In this document: one piece after another, positions 8,058 to 17,719 of the stretch
Layout of the letters: each line of letters begins with the position of its first letter
Position numbering within the stretch: the first letter of the stretch is position 1
Sequence record: SRR31156797_3020
DNA length: 35,713 nucleotides
Direction: 5' to 3' (one strand)
The notes under the pieces: generated by a model
Database searches by the model: none
The model's input: the letters and a program-made list of their open reading frames with translations, nothing else
Told to the model about the DNA's origin: nothing
Translations under genes and position numbers: made by a program

Positions 8058-9370
8058 AAATAAATAAAAAACTACTGTTTTTCCCGGCGCTTGCCATAGG
8101 GGTAATCACGTTAGTCGTTGCCATAAAACTTAAGCCTGATTTACCCGTTAAGCCTGCCGGCGACCGCGCTCGTTTGGTCGAAACTGTCCCGCTGCTACGC
8201 CAAGCTATCGCACCACAAGCAATTGGCTACGGCAAAATTGCGCCCAAGGTTGAATGGAAAGCCATCGCGGAAGTGACGGGCAAAATCGTGTACCGCCACC
8301 CTAAATTAGAAAAAGGTCAAATCCTTGAGGCCGGAACAGAAATACTGCGTATTGATCCGCTCGACTACGAACTTAAGCTGGTACAGGCACAGGCGGATCT
8401 TAGCTCTGCACAAACTTCTCTGGCTAAGCTAAATCAAGAACAGCGAAACCTAGAGCAAACCCTTGAAATTGAGCGCAACCGCTTAGTGATCGCCAATAAA
8501 GAGCTGGAACGTAAACAAAATTTACGTGCTAAAGGGCTCAATTCACAATCAGATGTTGACCAGCAAGAGCAAAGCGCGCTATCACAACGCAAGTTAGTGC
8601 TCGATATTGAAAATCAAATCGGTTTAATGCCTGACGAAAAACGGGTTGCCCAAGCTTTGGTCAAAGTGAATATGTCTAAAGTGGAAGAAGCGCAGCGTGC
8701 ACTGGAAAAAACCATCATCACTTTGCCTAGCGACCTACGTATTGCACAAGTTGATATCGAACAATATCAGGTTGTTAACCAGCAGCAAACCATGGTCACT
8801 GCACACGGTATGGATGTCATGGAAGTTGAGGCTCAGCTCTCTATCCATGATATGCGCACGCTTGCTTCGAGTCTTGGTAAAGTGAATCGCAACACATCAG
8901 GCATCCCCCAACCAGATATGACCTTTATTGACGCGAGTATTGAGTTCAGCAGTGGCAATATGAAGGCGAGTTGGCCTGCGAAAGTGAGTCGAATTAGTGA
9001 AACTGTAGACCCAGATCAGGCCACTGTCGGTGTGATTTTGGAGATTCGACAAGATTACCGTGAAATAAATCCAAGCTCACAACCACCACTGGTCAACGGC
9101 ATGTTCGTCAGGGCGTTTATCGAAGGTAAGCCGAATCCAAGTTGGGTGATTCCTGAACGATCACTGCATGGCGATAAAATTTATTTGATGGGCGATAATA
9201 ATAAGCTGGTGATTCAATCCGTCTCGGTTCTCTACCGACGTGATAACCAAGTCGTGGTAGAAGGGGATTTAGAGCAAGGTCAAAAGTTGATTCTCAATGA
9301 TCTGTTACCCGCGATTAACGGCATGTTGCTTAAAGAGGCTGACACTAGCCACGAGGAGTCTGAGTTATGA
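8054..9370 (+). CDS. RND efflux periplasmic adaptor (membrane fusion protein)
   Basis: N-terminal TM anchor, AEVTGKIV lipoyl half, long coiled coil, LVNGMFV motif. Confidence 0.92.
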   Translation: MKINKKLLFFPALAIGVITLVVAIKLKPDLPVKPAGDRARLVETVPLLRQAIAPQAIGYGKIAPKVEWKAIAEVTGKIVYRHPKLEKGQILEAGTEILRIDPLDYELKLVQAQADLSSAQTSLAKLNQEQRNLEQTLEIERNRLVIANKELERKQNLRAKGLNSQSDVDQQEQSALSQRKLVLDIENQIGLMPDEKRVAQALVKVNMSKVEEAQRALEKTIITLPSDLRIAQVDIEQYQVVNQQQTMVTAHGMDVMEVEAQLSIHDMRTLASSLGKVNRNTSGIPQPDMTFIDASIEFSSGNMKASWPAKVSRISETVDPDQATVGVILEIRQDYREINPSSQPPLVNGMFVRAFIEGKPNPSWVIPERSLHGDKIYLMGDNNKLVIQSVSVLYRRDNQVVVEGDLEQGQKLILNDLLPAINGMLLKEADTSHEESEL

Positions 9371-12300
9371 TCCGATTCTTCGCCAAACATCCAACCGCAG
9401 CCAACTTGCTGATGTTGTGTTTGCTGGTGCTGGGGGTGACCTCATTAACCACGATTAAGCGCGAAACTTTCCCAGCCTTCGATCCTGCTTACATCATGGC
9501 AGGCGTGGTCTATCCGGGTGCGTCTCCAAAAGAAGTAGAAGAAAGCATCTGTGTTCGAATGGAAGATGCGGTTGATGGTCTTGCAAATATCGAAGAGACT
9601 CAGTGTGAAGCGGTAGAGGGATCGGCAAGGCTGATATTAAAGCTTAACGATAAAGCTGACATCGGAAGAATGTTGGTCGATGTGCAAACCCAGATCAACT
9701 CGATCAATGACTTTCCAAATGAAATTGAGTCTCCTGTGGTACAGGAACTGGATTGGAATGAACCGGTTGTCGATGTGGCTATCACGGCAGATACCACGTG
9801 GCCAGAACTGAAAGCTTACGCAGAGCAGCTTAAACGAACGTTAAAGCTTGATTATGATGTTTCTCTGGTCACTATCGCAGGGTTTTCTGACCATCAGTAT
9901 CTTGTCGAGCTGGACTCGCAAGCCATACGCCAACTTGGCTTAAGTGTCGGCGACATTGCCACTCAAATTGGCCGCCAGAATATTAAATTACCGAGTGGTA
10001 ATATTGAAACGCCAGACAAGAACTTTCTAATCCGTTTTGATGAAAGGCGTATAACACCGGAGCAACTTGAATTGATCGTTGTGGGTTCGGGCGCAAATGG
10101 CTCACAGGTTCGACTTAAAGACATCGCTACCATTACTGACCGCTTTGAATTAGATGAGCAGAAAGTGCTTTTCGACGGTCACCCTTCAGCCTTGCTTAAA
10201 ATCAGTAAGAATAAAGAAGATGATGCGCTTAGAATTAAAGAGCGTGTTGCTCAGTTTGTTGAGCAGCAACAAGCCATCGCCCCTGATGGTGTCAAACTAG
10301 AACTCACTAATGATATCTCGTCTGTACTGTGGGACCGCCTAAGCATGATGTTCAACAATGGTTGGCAAGGTATCATACTGGTGTTCGCAACCATGTGGCT
10401 GTTCTTTAGTTTTCGTTATTCTTTCTGGGTTGCCGCTGGCTTACCGGTTGCTTTCCTTGGTGGCTTATTCCTGATGGCACAGCTCGGGCTGTCAATTAAC
10501 ATCATGTCTTTGGTAGGACTGTTGATGGCGATCGGTATTATGATGGACGATGCGATTGTTATTGCGGAATCCATCGCTTCTCATTTAGACAGAGGGGAAG
10601 ATGTCGACAATGCGGTCATCAAAGGCGTGAAAAAAGTCCTTCCAGGGGTTGTTTCTTCTTTCCTTACCACTGTGTGTATCTTCGGTAGCTTGTTGTTTTT
10701 GCAAGGCGAAATGGGTGCTGTGCTCAAAGCCGTTCCACAAGTGCTGATTCTGGTTCTGATGCTGAGTTTAGTAGAAGCGTTTCTTATTCTTCCTAATCAC
10801 TTATCGCATTCATTGCATAAAGCGAAGAATGAAAAACCACCTGTGAAATTTAAAAAGACACTGCTTGATGGTTTTGATAACTTTCGTAATACAACCCTAG
10901 TCAACGCAGTGGAAAAAGTGGTTGAGTTTCGCTACGCCTTTATCGGTGGGGTTATTACATTACTTTTGATTTCCATTGCTACTTTAGCTGGTGGTTTACT
11001 CAAGTTTCAGCCTTTCCCAGAGTTAGACGGTGATATCGCCGAAGCACGGATCATTCTTCCCCCGGGGTCATCACTTTCTCAAACCGAGGCCGTGGTTGAT
11101 AAGCTGGTTACGTCTGCTCAGAAGCTCGACAAAGAATGGACGCGAGATGTTGAAAATGGTGTCCCACTGATTGAGCATATTACCAGCCAGTTTAATACCA
11201 ATGCTGACGCCAACGAGTCGGGACCCCATATCGCCACCGTTCGACTGGATCTGCTCGGCGCTGAAAGTCGCAATACCGTGATTGATGAGTTCATTGACGC
11301 TTGGCGTCAAGATATTGGTGAGATGGCCGACCCTATTTCACTGGTCTTCAAACAGCCAACCATGGGGCCGGGTGGACGTGCGATTGAAATCCGCGCTAAA
11401 CACGATGATCTCGAGGAACTTAAAGCAGCTTCAATCGATATCCAGCAGTATCTTAACGAGTTTGACGGTGTGCATGGCGTGCTGGACGATATGCGAATGG
11501 GTAAAGAAGAGGTACTGGTCAAACTTCGCCCTGGCGCAGAAACTTACGGTATCAACGGCCAGTTGGTGGCTAACCAGCTACGTGCTGCTTTTTTTGGTCA
11601 GACCGCCGATGAAATTCAGGTTGGCGTTGAAAATATTTCAATTGAAGTGCGTCTCGCCAAAGTTCAAGCGGGCGATCTACAGCAACTGGCAAATTTTCCA
11701 ATCATCATGTCGGATGGCAGTCAGATACCTCTGGCAACCATTGCAACGTTAGATTTTCAACGTAACTATGTTCGAATTCAGCGTGTTGATGGCCTAAGAA
11801 CCATTAGCGTATTTGGTGATGTGGACAATACCAAAGCGAACTCAACCGCTATCATCGCTCAATTCCAACGTGAAGAAGCGTCTAAATTGATGGCGAAATA
11901 TCCGGGGTTGCGTTTCGATTTTGAAGGTCAAAGCAAGGATACTGCTGAAACGGGCGCATCAATGGGTAAAGGTTTTCTACTTGGCCTGCTCGGCGTATTT
12001 GCAATACTCAGTTATCAGTTCCGCAGCTATCTAGAGCCTGTCGTGGTTATGCTTGCGATTCCATTAGCGTTCATTGGCGTGGTTTGGGGACACATATTGC
12101 TCGGCCACTCTTTGAGTATGCCGAGTTTGTTGGGCTTTGTGTCGTTAGCTGGCATCGTGGTCAACGATTCGATCCTGCTCGTGCAGTATATTCGCCATCA
12201 CGTCGATGAAGGCGACAGTGTTCACGACTCGGTGGTGAAAGCGAGTCGTGAACGTTTCCGAGCGGTGTTTTTGACTTCAATGACGACAGCTGCGGGCTTA

Positions 12301-12468
12301 CTGCCTTTACTGACAGAAACCAGTTTGCAAGCTCAGGTCATTCAGCCTCTGGTTATCTCTATTGTGTTCGGTATTTTTGCTTCAACCCTGCTGGTGTTAT
12401 TTATGATCCCAGCGGCTTATTCGGTTCTTGCCGACTTTGGTTTGGTGCATAAACACGAAGAAATATAA
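9367..12468 (+). CDS. RND efflux transporter permease (AcrB/AcrD/AcrF family)
   Basis: 1033 aa; YPGASP.EVE, IGIMMDDAIVIAE proton-relay motif, GIVVNDSI, RFRAVFLTS. Confidence 0.96.
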   Translation: MIRFFAKHPTAANLLMLCLLVLGVTSLTTIKRETFPAFDPAYIMAGVVYPGASPKEVEESICVRMEDAVDGLANIEETQCEAVEGSARLILKLNDKADIGRMLVDVQTQINSINDFPNEIESPVVQELDWNEPVVDVAITADTTWPELKAYAEQLKRTLKLDYDVSLVTIAGFSDHQYLVELDSQAIRQLGLSVGDIATQIGRQNIKLPSGNIETPDKNFLIRFDERRITPEQLELIVVGSGANGSQVRLKDIATITDRFELDEQKVLFDGHPSALLKISKNKEDDALRIKERVAQFVEQQQAIAPDGVKLELTNDISSVLWDRLSMMFNNGWQGIILVFATMWLFFSFRYSFWVAAGLPVAFLGGLFLMAQLGLSINIMSLVGLLMAIGIMMDDAIVIAESIASHLDRGEDVDNAVIKGVKKVLPGVVSSFLTTVCIFGSLLFLQGEMGAVLKAVPQVLILVLMLSLVEAFLILPNHLSHSLHKAKNEKPPVKFKKTLLDGFDNFRNTTLVNAVEKVVEFRYAFIGGVITLLLISIATLAGGLLKFQPFPELDGDIAEARIILPPGSSLSQTEAVVDKLVTSAQKLDKEWTRDVENGVPLIEHITSQFNTNADANESGPHIATVRLDLLGAESRNTVIDEFIDAWRQDIGEMADPISLVFKQPTMGPGGRAIEIRAKHDDLEELKAASIDIQQYLNEFDGVHGVLDDMRMGKEEVLVKLRPGAETYGINGQLVANQLRAAFFGQTADEIQVGVENISIEVRLAKVQAGDLQQLANFPIIMSDGSQIPLATIATLDFQRNYVRIQRVDGLRTISVFGDVDNTKANSTAIIAQFQREEASKLMAKYPGLRFDFEGQSKDTAETGASMGKGFLLGLLGVFAILSYQFRSYLEPVVVMLAIPLAFIGVVWGHILLGHSLSMPSLLGFVSLAGIVVNDSILLVQYIRHHVDEGDSVHDSVVKASRERFRAVFLTSMTTAAGLLPLLTETSLQAQVIQPLVISIVFGIFASTLLVLFMIPAAYSVLADFGLVHKHEEI

Positions 12469-12500
12469 AAACCGTGTTGTTGCGAATTCACTCTCGATAG

Positions 12501-12529
12501 TTGAGTTTCAAAAAGATTGTTGTTAGGTT
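12501..12529 (+). promoter_or_regulatory. Putative sigma70 promoter for the trpS leader (-35 TTGAGT, 17 bp, extended -10 TGtTAGGTT)
   Basis: TTGAGT 12501-12506, TG 12521-12522, TAGGTT 12524-12529. Confidence 0.45.
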
Positions 12530-12535
12530 GTTGGA

Positions 12536-12589
12536 ATGAAATATTTTCCAACGCCTACATCATTCTTTTTCTGGTGGCGCTCTATTTAG
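12536..12589 (+). CDS. Trp leader peptide MKYFPTPTSFFFWWRSI (17 aa), absent from the ORF track
   Basis: Tandem TGG TGG followed by CGC (WWR, as in TrpL peptides), ending 104 bp upstream of a TrpRS gene. Confidence 0.85.
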   Translation: MKYFPTPTSFFFWWRSI

Positions 12590-12690
12590 AGCGGCACGGA
12601 ATTCTTACATTCTTAAGCTGCTGGTAGGTAGCTAAGACTTTAATCTCTTTTTATATCTCCAGTAGCGATCTGTTTTAACTAGGAGATATC
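12569..12690 (+). promoter_or_regulatory. Ribosome-mediated attenuator with alternative hairpins, plus an SD-sequestering stem
   Basis: 1:2 stem 12569-12601; 2:3 pairing AGCGGC(12590-95)/GCTGCT(12617-22); 3:4 stem 12611-12637 followed by a T-rich tract; ATATCTCC(12653-60)/GGAGATAT(12682-89). Confidence 0.75.
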
Positions 12691-12693
12691 CCC

Positions 12694-13716
12694 ATGAACA
12701 CAACCCTCAATGCTGATACGCCAGAAATTATCTTGACTGGTGATAGAGCGACAGGTCCATTGCATCTTGGTCATTATGTCGGTTCTTTAAAGCAGCGCGT
12801 TGCTTTGCAGTCCATTCACGAGCAAACGATCCTTGTTGCTGATATGCAAGGTCTTACTGACAACGCTCACAACCCGAAAAAAGTATCATCCAATATTCTA
12901 AATGTCGTTGCTGACTATCTCGCGGTTGGGATTGATGACTCTAAAACAACGATTTGCCTTCAATCACAACTCCCTGCTCTTGCTGAGTTGACGATGTATT
13001 ACAGTAACCTTGTCACCATCAGTCGGTTAGAGCGAAATCCGACCGTTAAAAGTGAAATCCAAAACAAAGGGTTTGAACGTTCTATCCCAGCAGGTTTTCT
13101 GACTTACCCTATATCTCAAGCGGCTGATATCACGGGGTTTAACGCATCTTTAGTCCCTGTGGGAGATGACCAGTTACCCATGCTTGAACAAACGAATGAG
13201 ATAGTGAGAAAGGTAAATTCGTTAGCGGGGCGTAGGGTTTTAAATGAGTGCAGACCTTTACTAAGTAAGGCATCGCGGCTTCCTAGTACCGATGGAAAAA
13301 ATAAGATGTCTAAGTCGATGGGTAACGCCATTAATCTTGGTGCTACTGAAAAAGAAATCTCTGCAGCGGTAAAATCGATGTATACCGACCCTAACCACTT
13401 AAAAGTTGAAGACCCCGGCAATGTTGAAGGGAATGTCGTGTTTACTTACCTCGATGCTTTTCATCCCGATGAGGGCTATATCAGTCAGCTCAAAGAGCAC
13501 TACCAACGTGGAGGCCTTGGCGATGGTACAACGAAAAAAGTGTTGGAAGAGTGCTTACAAGAAATGCTGCGCCCCATAAGAGAGAGAAGAGCGGAGTTTT
13601 TAAATGATAAGGCTCAGCTGATTGATATCTTAGTTAAAGGGAGCCAAATTTCTCGAGAAAAGACGGACAAAGTCCTTTTTGATGTGAAAGATATCTTTGG
13701 GCTCAACATATTCTGA
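12694..13716 (+). CDS. trpS: Tryptophan--tRNA ligase, auxiliary (TrpS2/TrpRS II-like)
   Basis: ILTGDRATGPLHLGHYVGSL (HIGH-like), YPISQAADI, VPVGDDQLP, KMSKS, SMYTDP motifs. Confidence 0.95.
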   Translation: MNTTLNADTPEIILTGDRATGPLHLGHYVGSLKQRVALQSIHEQTILVADMQGLTDNAHNPKKVSSNILNVVADYLAVGIDDSKTTICLQSQLPALAELTMYYSNLVTISRLERNPTVKSEIQNKGFERSIPAGFLTYPISQAADITGFNASLVPVGDDQLPMLEQTNEIVRKVNSLAGRRVLNECRPLLSKASRLPSTDGKNKMSKSMGNAINLGATEKEISAAVKSMYTDPNHLKVEDPGNVEGNVVFTYLDAFHPDEGYISQLKEHYQRGGLGDGTTKKVLEECLQEMLRPIRERRAEFLNDKAQLIDILVKGSQISREKTDKVLFDVKDIFGLNIF

Positions 13717-13735
13717 ACCGCTTGTTCTCAAACAG

Positions 13736-13768
13736 AAAGAGCCAGCGTAATGTCGCTGGCTCTTTTTT
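13736..13768. terminator. Intrinsic terminator after trpS, possibly bidirectional
   Basis: AAAGAGCCAGCG-TAATGT-CGCTGGCTCTTT followed by TTT. Confidence 0.88.
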
Positions 13769-13819
13769 CCATTTTTTGCTTAAGACACAGTTCGCCGATT
13801 TAAACCTATTGAATAATGG

Positions 13820-14158
13820 TCAGTCCATTCGGGTAATAAAGGTTTGCTCGTCATCCACAAAAGCCACATAGCCGCCGTGGTAGATAAACACCCGACCACG
13901 GCCCTCAACTAAGCAGGCAAGCTGTGGGTTCAAATCTTCTTGGTTATCTTGGCTTTGAAAAGCGCCGGTATCGGTGATTACGCCGTTGAGTGTCGGCAAA
14001 TACCCATAAGTGCGCTTGGCTTGATCAATCAGGCTCAATTCGCTGTCGATAGAGAAGCAAGAGGGTATACTTCCGACATCTTCGATAAACAGTGGTTTTA
14101 GTTCTTCAAAAGCTGTAATAACAAGCCAGTCGATGCCGTTAACTTGATGGATAAACAT
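13820..14158 (-). CDS. Hypothetical cytosolic protein (112 aa)
   Basis: Clean ORF with plausible composition, ending near the trpS terminator; no recognised motif. Confidence 0.7.
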   Translation of the reverse strand: MFIHQVNGIDWLVITAFEELKPLFIEDVGSIPSCFSIDSELSLIDQAKRTYGYLPTLNGVITDTGAFQSQDNQEDLNPQLACLVEGRGRVFIYHGGYVAFVDDEQTFITRMD

Positions 14159-14376
14159 AGAGTTTCTCGGTAATTCTGATGCGCAGATTGTATCACTATC
14201 AGGTGACGGCTTTGTAGGGGGTTAGTTGCTGAAGATGTACCCGTGCCGATCATGGCAAAAACATCTTTGCCCCATTCGGTGTTACTAATCTCATTTGCTT
14301 AGCTTGAATTCCAGATTCTTTGACCAAATTTATCTAATGTAAATACTGACATGTTGAGTCTCTTATTTAAACAATA

Positions 14377-14736
14377 TTAACCAAACATAATTTCATCACC
14401 GACATGTAATGAATTCGGGCAATGTCCTATCACATGCACAGTTCCTGGTTGCTCTGGCTTGAGCTGTCCATCAAATTTAACCGTAATATGACCTAAATTG
14501 GCTAAATTTTGACTTGCAGCACTCCCGACTGCTGTGACGATAAAGTCTTTGTCTGCAATAAGTAATGTGCTTTGAGTCGTGATCGTTCCGATATGCTGCC
14601 CTTGATCGTGAATAAAGCAGTAGTCTTTCACGTCTTTTGGTGCAGTTTGATTAAATAAAATGATCATGTCTTCTTCTAGCGATTCATTCGCTAACATACC
14701 TATCTCAATAATTGTGGCTTTAAACTGGAAAGTCAT
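14377..14736 (-). CDS. srlB: PTS glucitol/sorbitol EIIA, second copy
   Basis: Start MTFQFKATIIEIG at 14736 after AGGTGG; MIILFN, YCFIH (phospho-His), NL.NLGHITVKFDG. Confidence 0.9.
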   Translation of the reverse strand: MTFQFKATIIEIGMLANESLEEDMIILFNQTAPKDVKDYCFIHDQGQHIGTITTQSTLLIADKDFIVTAVGSAASQNLANLGHITVKFDGQLKPEQPGTVHVIGHCPNSLHVGDEIMFG

Positions 14737-14744
14737 CGCCCCAC

Positions 14745-15725
14745 CTATTGGTATATGAACATAGATACAAACCATGCTAACAATACTGTTGGAGCACCTG
14801 TGATAAATCGGGAATACAACACAGAAGGTACTCCCACTTCTACGGTTTCCTGCTTCGCATCGGCAAGTCCTAAACCCACAGGAATAAAGTCGCAGGCTGC
14901 TTGTGAATTGATAGCGAACAAGGCGGGTAGTGCCAGATGAGGAGGAATTGCTCCTGTACCTATTTGCACACCGATTAGTACTCCTATGACCTGTGCAATC
15001 ACAGCTCCAGGGCCTAAAAACGGAGAAAATAACGGAAATGAACAAATTAGAGCTAAAACAATCAAGCCAAGTGGATTAGAAGATAGCGGCGTGAGTAGGT
15101 GGGCGACTAAATCTCCAAGGCCTGACGCAAGAATCACCCCAATCAACATCGAAACAAATGCCATAAATGGCAAAATAGTCTTTATCACTGTGTCTATGGT
15201 ATCTCGACCCGCTTGGTAAAATGTGGACATGACATTGCCCATCGACATGCCAACTTTGGCAATGATGCTACCACTTTGTTCACTTAACTTTTTATCTGTT
15301 TCGTAAGTCAATGGATGATCTTCGTTGATTTTTCCATTTTCTGGTTCGTCTACGTTGTCATGTTCCACGATGCTGATGCAAGATTCATCTACGGAAGAAG
15401 CATAGATTCCCTCATGAATAAACTGGGCAAGAGGTCCTGATTTTCCGGTTGCGTGAATATTTAGGGTATACAGATTTTTTTTGGGATATAAACCACAACG
15501 CAGAGTACCACCACAATCAATAACCACTAGGGCAATATCTTCATCTGCAATTATGTTTTTAAAGCCGTCAACTGCCTCAAGTCCTGTCAGTTGGCTAATG
15601 TAGTCGACAACTTTAGGCTTAGTCCCACCAGTGACATACAGTATTTTCTTTCCTGAGATTATTGATATATGAAGGGGCCCACCCCATCCTTGATTGCCCG
15701 CAACTACGCTTAACGTACGTTTCAT
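14745..15725 (-). CDS. srlE: PTS glucitol/sorbitol EIIBC (EIIB + EIIC1), second copy
   Basis: [24 protein letters not shown] (phospho-Cys), [26 protein letters not shown]. Confidence 0.93.
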   Translation of the reverse strand: MKRTLSVVAGNQGWGGPLHISIISGKKILYVTGGTKPKVVDYISQLTGLEAVDGFKNIIADEDIALVVIDCGGTLRCGLYPKKNLYTLNIHATGKSGPLAQFIHEGIYASSVDESCISIVEHDNVDEPENGKINEDHPLTYETDKKLSEQSGSIIAKVGMSMGNVMSTFYQAGRDTIDTVIKTILPFMAFVSMLIGVILASGLGDLVAHLLTPLSSNPLGLIVLALICSFPLFSPFLGPGAVIAQVIGVLIGVQIGTGAIPPHLALPALFAINSQAACDFIPVGLGLADAKQETVEVGVPSVLYSRFITGAPTVLLAWFVSMFIYQ

Positions 15726-16285
15726 GACTTGTTTCCGTCTGAAAAACTAACTTGGTCAGACAAGATTTTTCCTTGCTGTTTAGACACCATTGCCGTAGTG
15801 AAATCAGTTATCCAACCTCTGAAAAAATTTGAAACTAACCCGACCAATAGATAGCTCATTGCTAAAGGTGCTAAAGATAAACCAATTTGAGTCAAGCCAC
15901 TTGCTACACCGAGATAGATGAACAACTCACCTGGGTTAACATGCGGAAACATACCGTTCATAGAATGGCAACTATAAGAAGCCGAAGCATAGTAAGATGG
16001 TTTATAACGTTCAGGGAGAAACTTACCTAGGCTCAGAGTCATTGGATTGCAGAAAACAAATGTGCCAATCACAGGAAGAATTAAGTATCTAGAGACAGGA
16101 TTACTAGCGCATTTTGCAGCCAGTTTTTCAATTCGATGCTGACCAATAAAGCGGATTAGTGAATTCATGGCAATCAGCAAACATATCAACACTGGAAGAA
16201 CTCCTGTAACCATACTTACAAGGACTTCTCCACCTTTTTCAAACAACCCTAAAAACCACTCGGCACTTAAAGTGAAATACTCCAT
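15722..16285 (-). CDS. srlA: PTS glucitol/sorbitol EIIC2, second copy
   Basis: [44 protein letters not shown] at 16285 after AGGTGG. Confidence 0.93.
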   Translation of the reverse strand: MEYFTLSAEWFLGLFEKGGEVLVSMVTGVLPVLICLLIAMNSLIRFIGQHRIEKLAAKCASNPVSRYLILPVIGTFVFCNPMTLSLGKFLPERYKPSYYASASYSCHSMNGMFPHVNPGELFIYLGVASGLTQIGLSLAPLAMSYLLVGLVSNFFRGWITDFTTAMVSKQQGKILSDQVSFSDGNKS

Positions 16286-16362
16286 AACGCCCACCTAAAT
16301 AGAGATACAACAGTCGGGCCATTTTGATACATAACGACAGGCTAAACACAATCAGTGTGTTG

Positions 16363-16384
16363 AAATGTGATTTCAATCATCAAA
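16363..16384. promoter_or_regulatory. CRP-like site upstream of the second srlAEB
   Basis: AAATGTGA-TTTCAA-TCATCAAA compared with consensus TGTGA-N6-TCACA. Confidence 0.55.
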
Positions 16385-16407
16385 GAAAAATTTTCAAATT
16401 AAAAATT

Positions 16408-17190
16408 TCATACCTGATAAACAGTAATTCCTTTGCTTTTCAATCCGTCTAAATGTTCTTCTGATAGATCTGTGTCAGTGACGACGATATCAACCAGATC
16501 TAGGGGAACAACAACATTTGGGCTTCTTCGACCAAATTTTGACGAGTCTAGTACAACAATAATTTGTTTGGCAGATTTGCACATCGCTTGGCTAACTTGA
16601 TAAGCTTCGTTGTAAGTCGTACAACCTTGAGTTAAATCAAAACCGTCAGCTCCAATAAAAAGCTTATCAAACGTAAAATGACTAAAGGCACTTTCCGCTA
16701 AACTTCCATGAAAGGAAGCTGAACGTTTTCTGTAAGTTCCTCCAGGCATAATCACCGTATGTTCGGAGTTTAGTTCGTTCATAGCATGAACAATATCCAG
16801 ACTATTTGTCATTAAAGTCAAGGACATAATTTTTTCAAACTCAGGAACCATTTGTAGTGTTGTACTACCACAATCTAGGATTATGGAGTCCCCATCTCGA
16901 ACTAACTGAGCTGCTTTTTCTGCAATACGGATTTTTTTATCAAGATTTAAAGTTTTCTTTTCATCCATAGCGATTTCTTCAGAAGCGCTCGTTGTAGCAC
17001 CATTGCTGGAAACTGCTTCCGCACTTCCGTAGCGTCTTGCCACAATGCCTTTCTCTTCTAAAGCTCTCAGATCGCTTCTAATCGTGGCCCCAGATGTCTG
17101 GAAAATAGAGGCAAGATCATTTACTGCTGTTTTGCCGTTCTTTTGGAGGTAAGAAACCAACTGACTTTGTCTGCTATCAATACTCATCAT
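16408..17190 (-). CDS. srlR: DeoR family glucitol operon repressor
   Basis: SGATIRSDLRALE HTH, IILDCGSTT, MTNSL, GGTYRKRSASFHG, FDKLFIGADG, DSSKFGRRSPNVV. Confidence 0.92.
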   Translation of the reverse strand: MMSIDSRQSQLVSYLQKNGKTAVNDLASIFQTSGATIRSDLRALEEKGIVARRYGSAEAVSSNGATTSASEEIAMDEKKTLNLDKKIRIAEKAAQLVRDGDSIILDCGSTTLQMVPEFEKIMSLTLMTNSLDIVHAMNELNSEHTVIMPGGTYRKRSASFHGSLAESAFSHFTFDKLFIGADGFDLTQGCTTYNEAYQVSQAMCKSAKQIIVVLDSSKFGRRSPNVVVPLDLVDIVVTDTDLSEEHLDGLKSKGITVYQV

Positions 17191-17262
17191 TATATCTACC
17201 GATTAATTTGAGGTTATTCTACACCAGATTATTATCATATTGAATGTGATTTGAAAATTCTG

Positions 17263-17619
17263 TTATTCAGTTTGAAAAGCAACGTACAGAGCTTCCTGAA
17301 TCCCGTTACTCAACCCATTTAGAATATGTTTATCGAGTGGATATGAACTTCCAACCACTTCGGTCAATGTTTTAGGGCGTGCAAATACTGTAACCCCATT
17401 GAGTACTTTGGCATCCGTAATAATACCTTCCTCAGATTCAACTATGACAACAATTGTTCTTGCTTTCCAACGACTTTTAGTTCGTCCAATTTTTACTTTA
17501 CCTTTGCTTGCCATAGATTGGATCATCCTATTAAAGGCACGGATTTGGAAAAAGCTCATCGCTATTTGTGCGACCCAAGCGACAATAGCGATACTGATGA
17601 ATAAAGAAATAGAGTCCAT
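17263..17619 (-). CDS. gutM: Glucitol operon activator GutM
   Basis: AW.AQI....QIRAFNR, G.V.IGR, GVTVFARP; 118 aa; position within the srl cluster. Confidence 0.9.
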   Translation of the reverse strand: MDSISLFISIAIVAWVAQIAMSFFQIRAFNRMIQSMASKGKVKIGRTKSRWKARTIVVIVESEEGIITDAKVLNGVTVFARPKTLTEVVGSSYPLDKHILNGLSNGIQEALYVAFQTE

Positions 17620-17672
17620 AGATTACCTCTAAGTAATAGTCAGAATACTTTGGTTAATGAAAACAAGGACGG

Positions 17673-17707
17673 ATCATGAAACTAGTGATTATCACTAGTT
17701 TCATGAT
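17673..17707. repeat. Perfect 35-bp palindrome (17-bp arms, 1-nt centre)
   Basis: ATCATGAAACTAGTGAT-T-ATCACTAGTTTCATGAT. Confidence 0.95.
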
Positions 17708-17719
17708 GATAAAATTACT

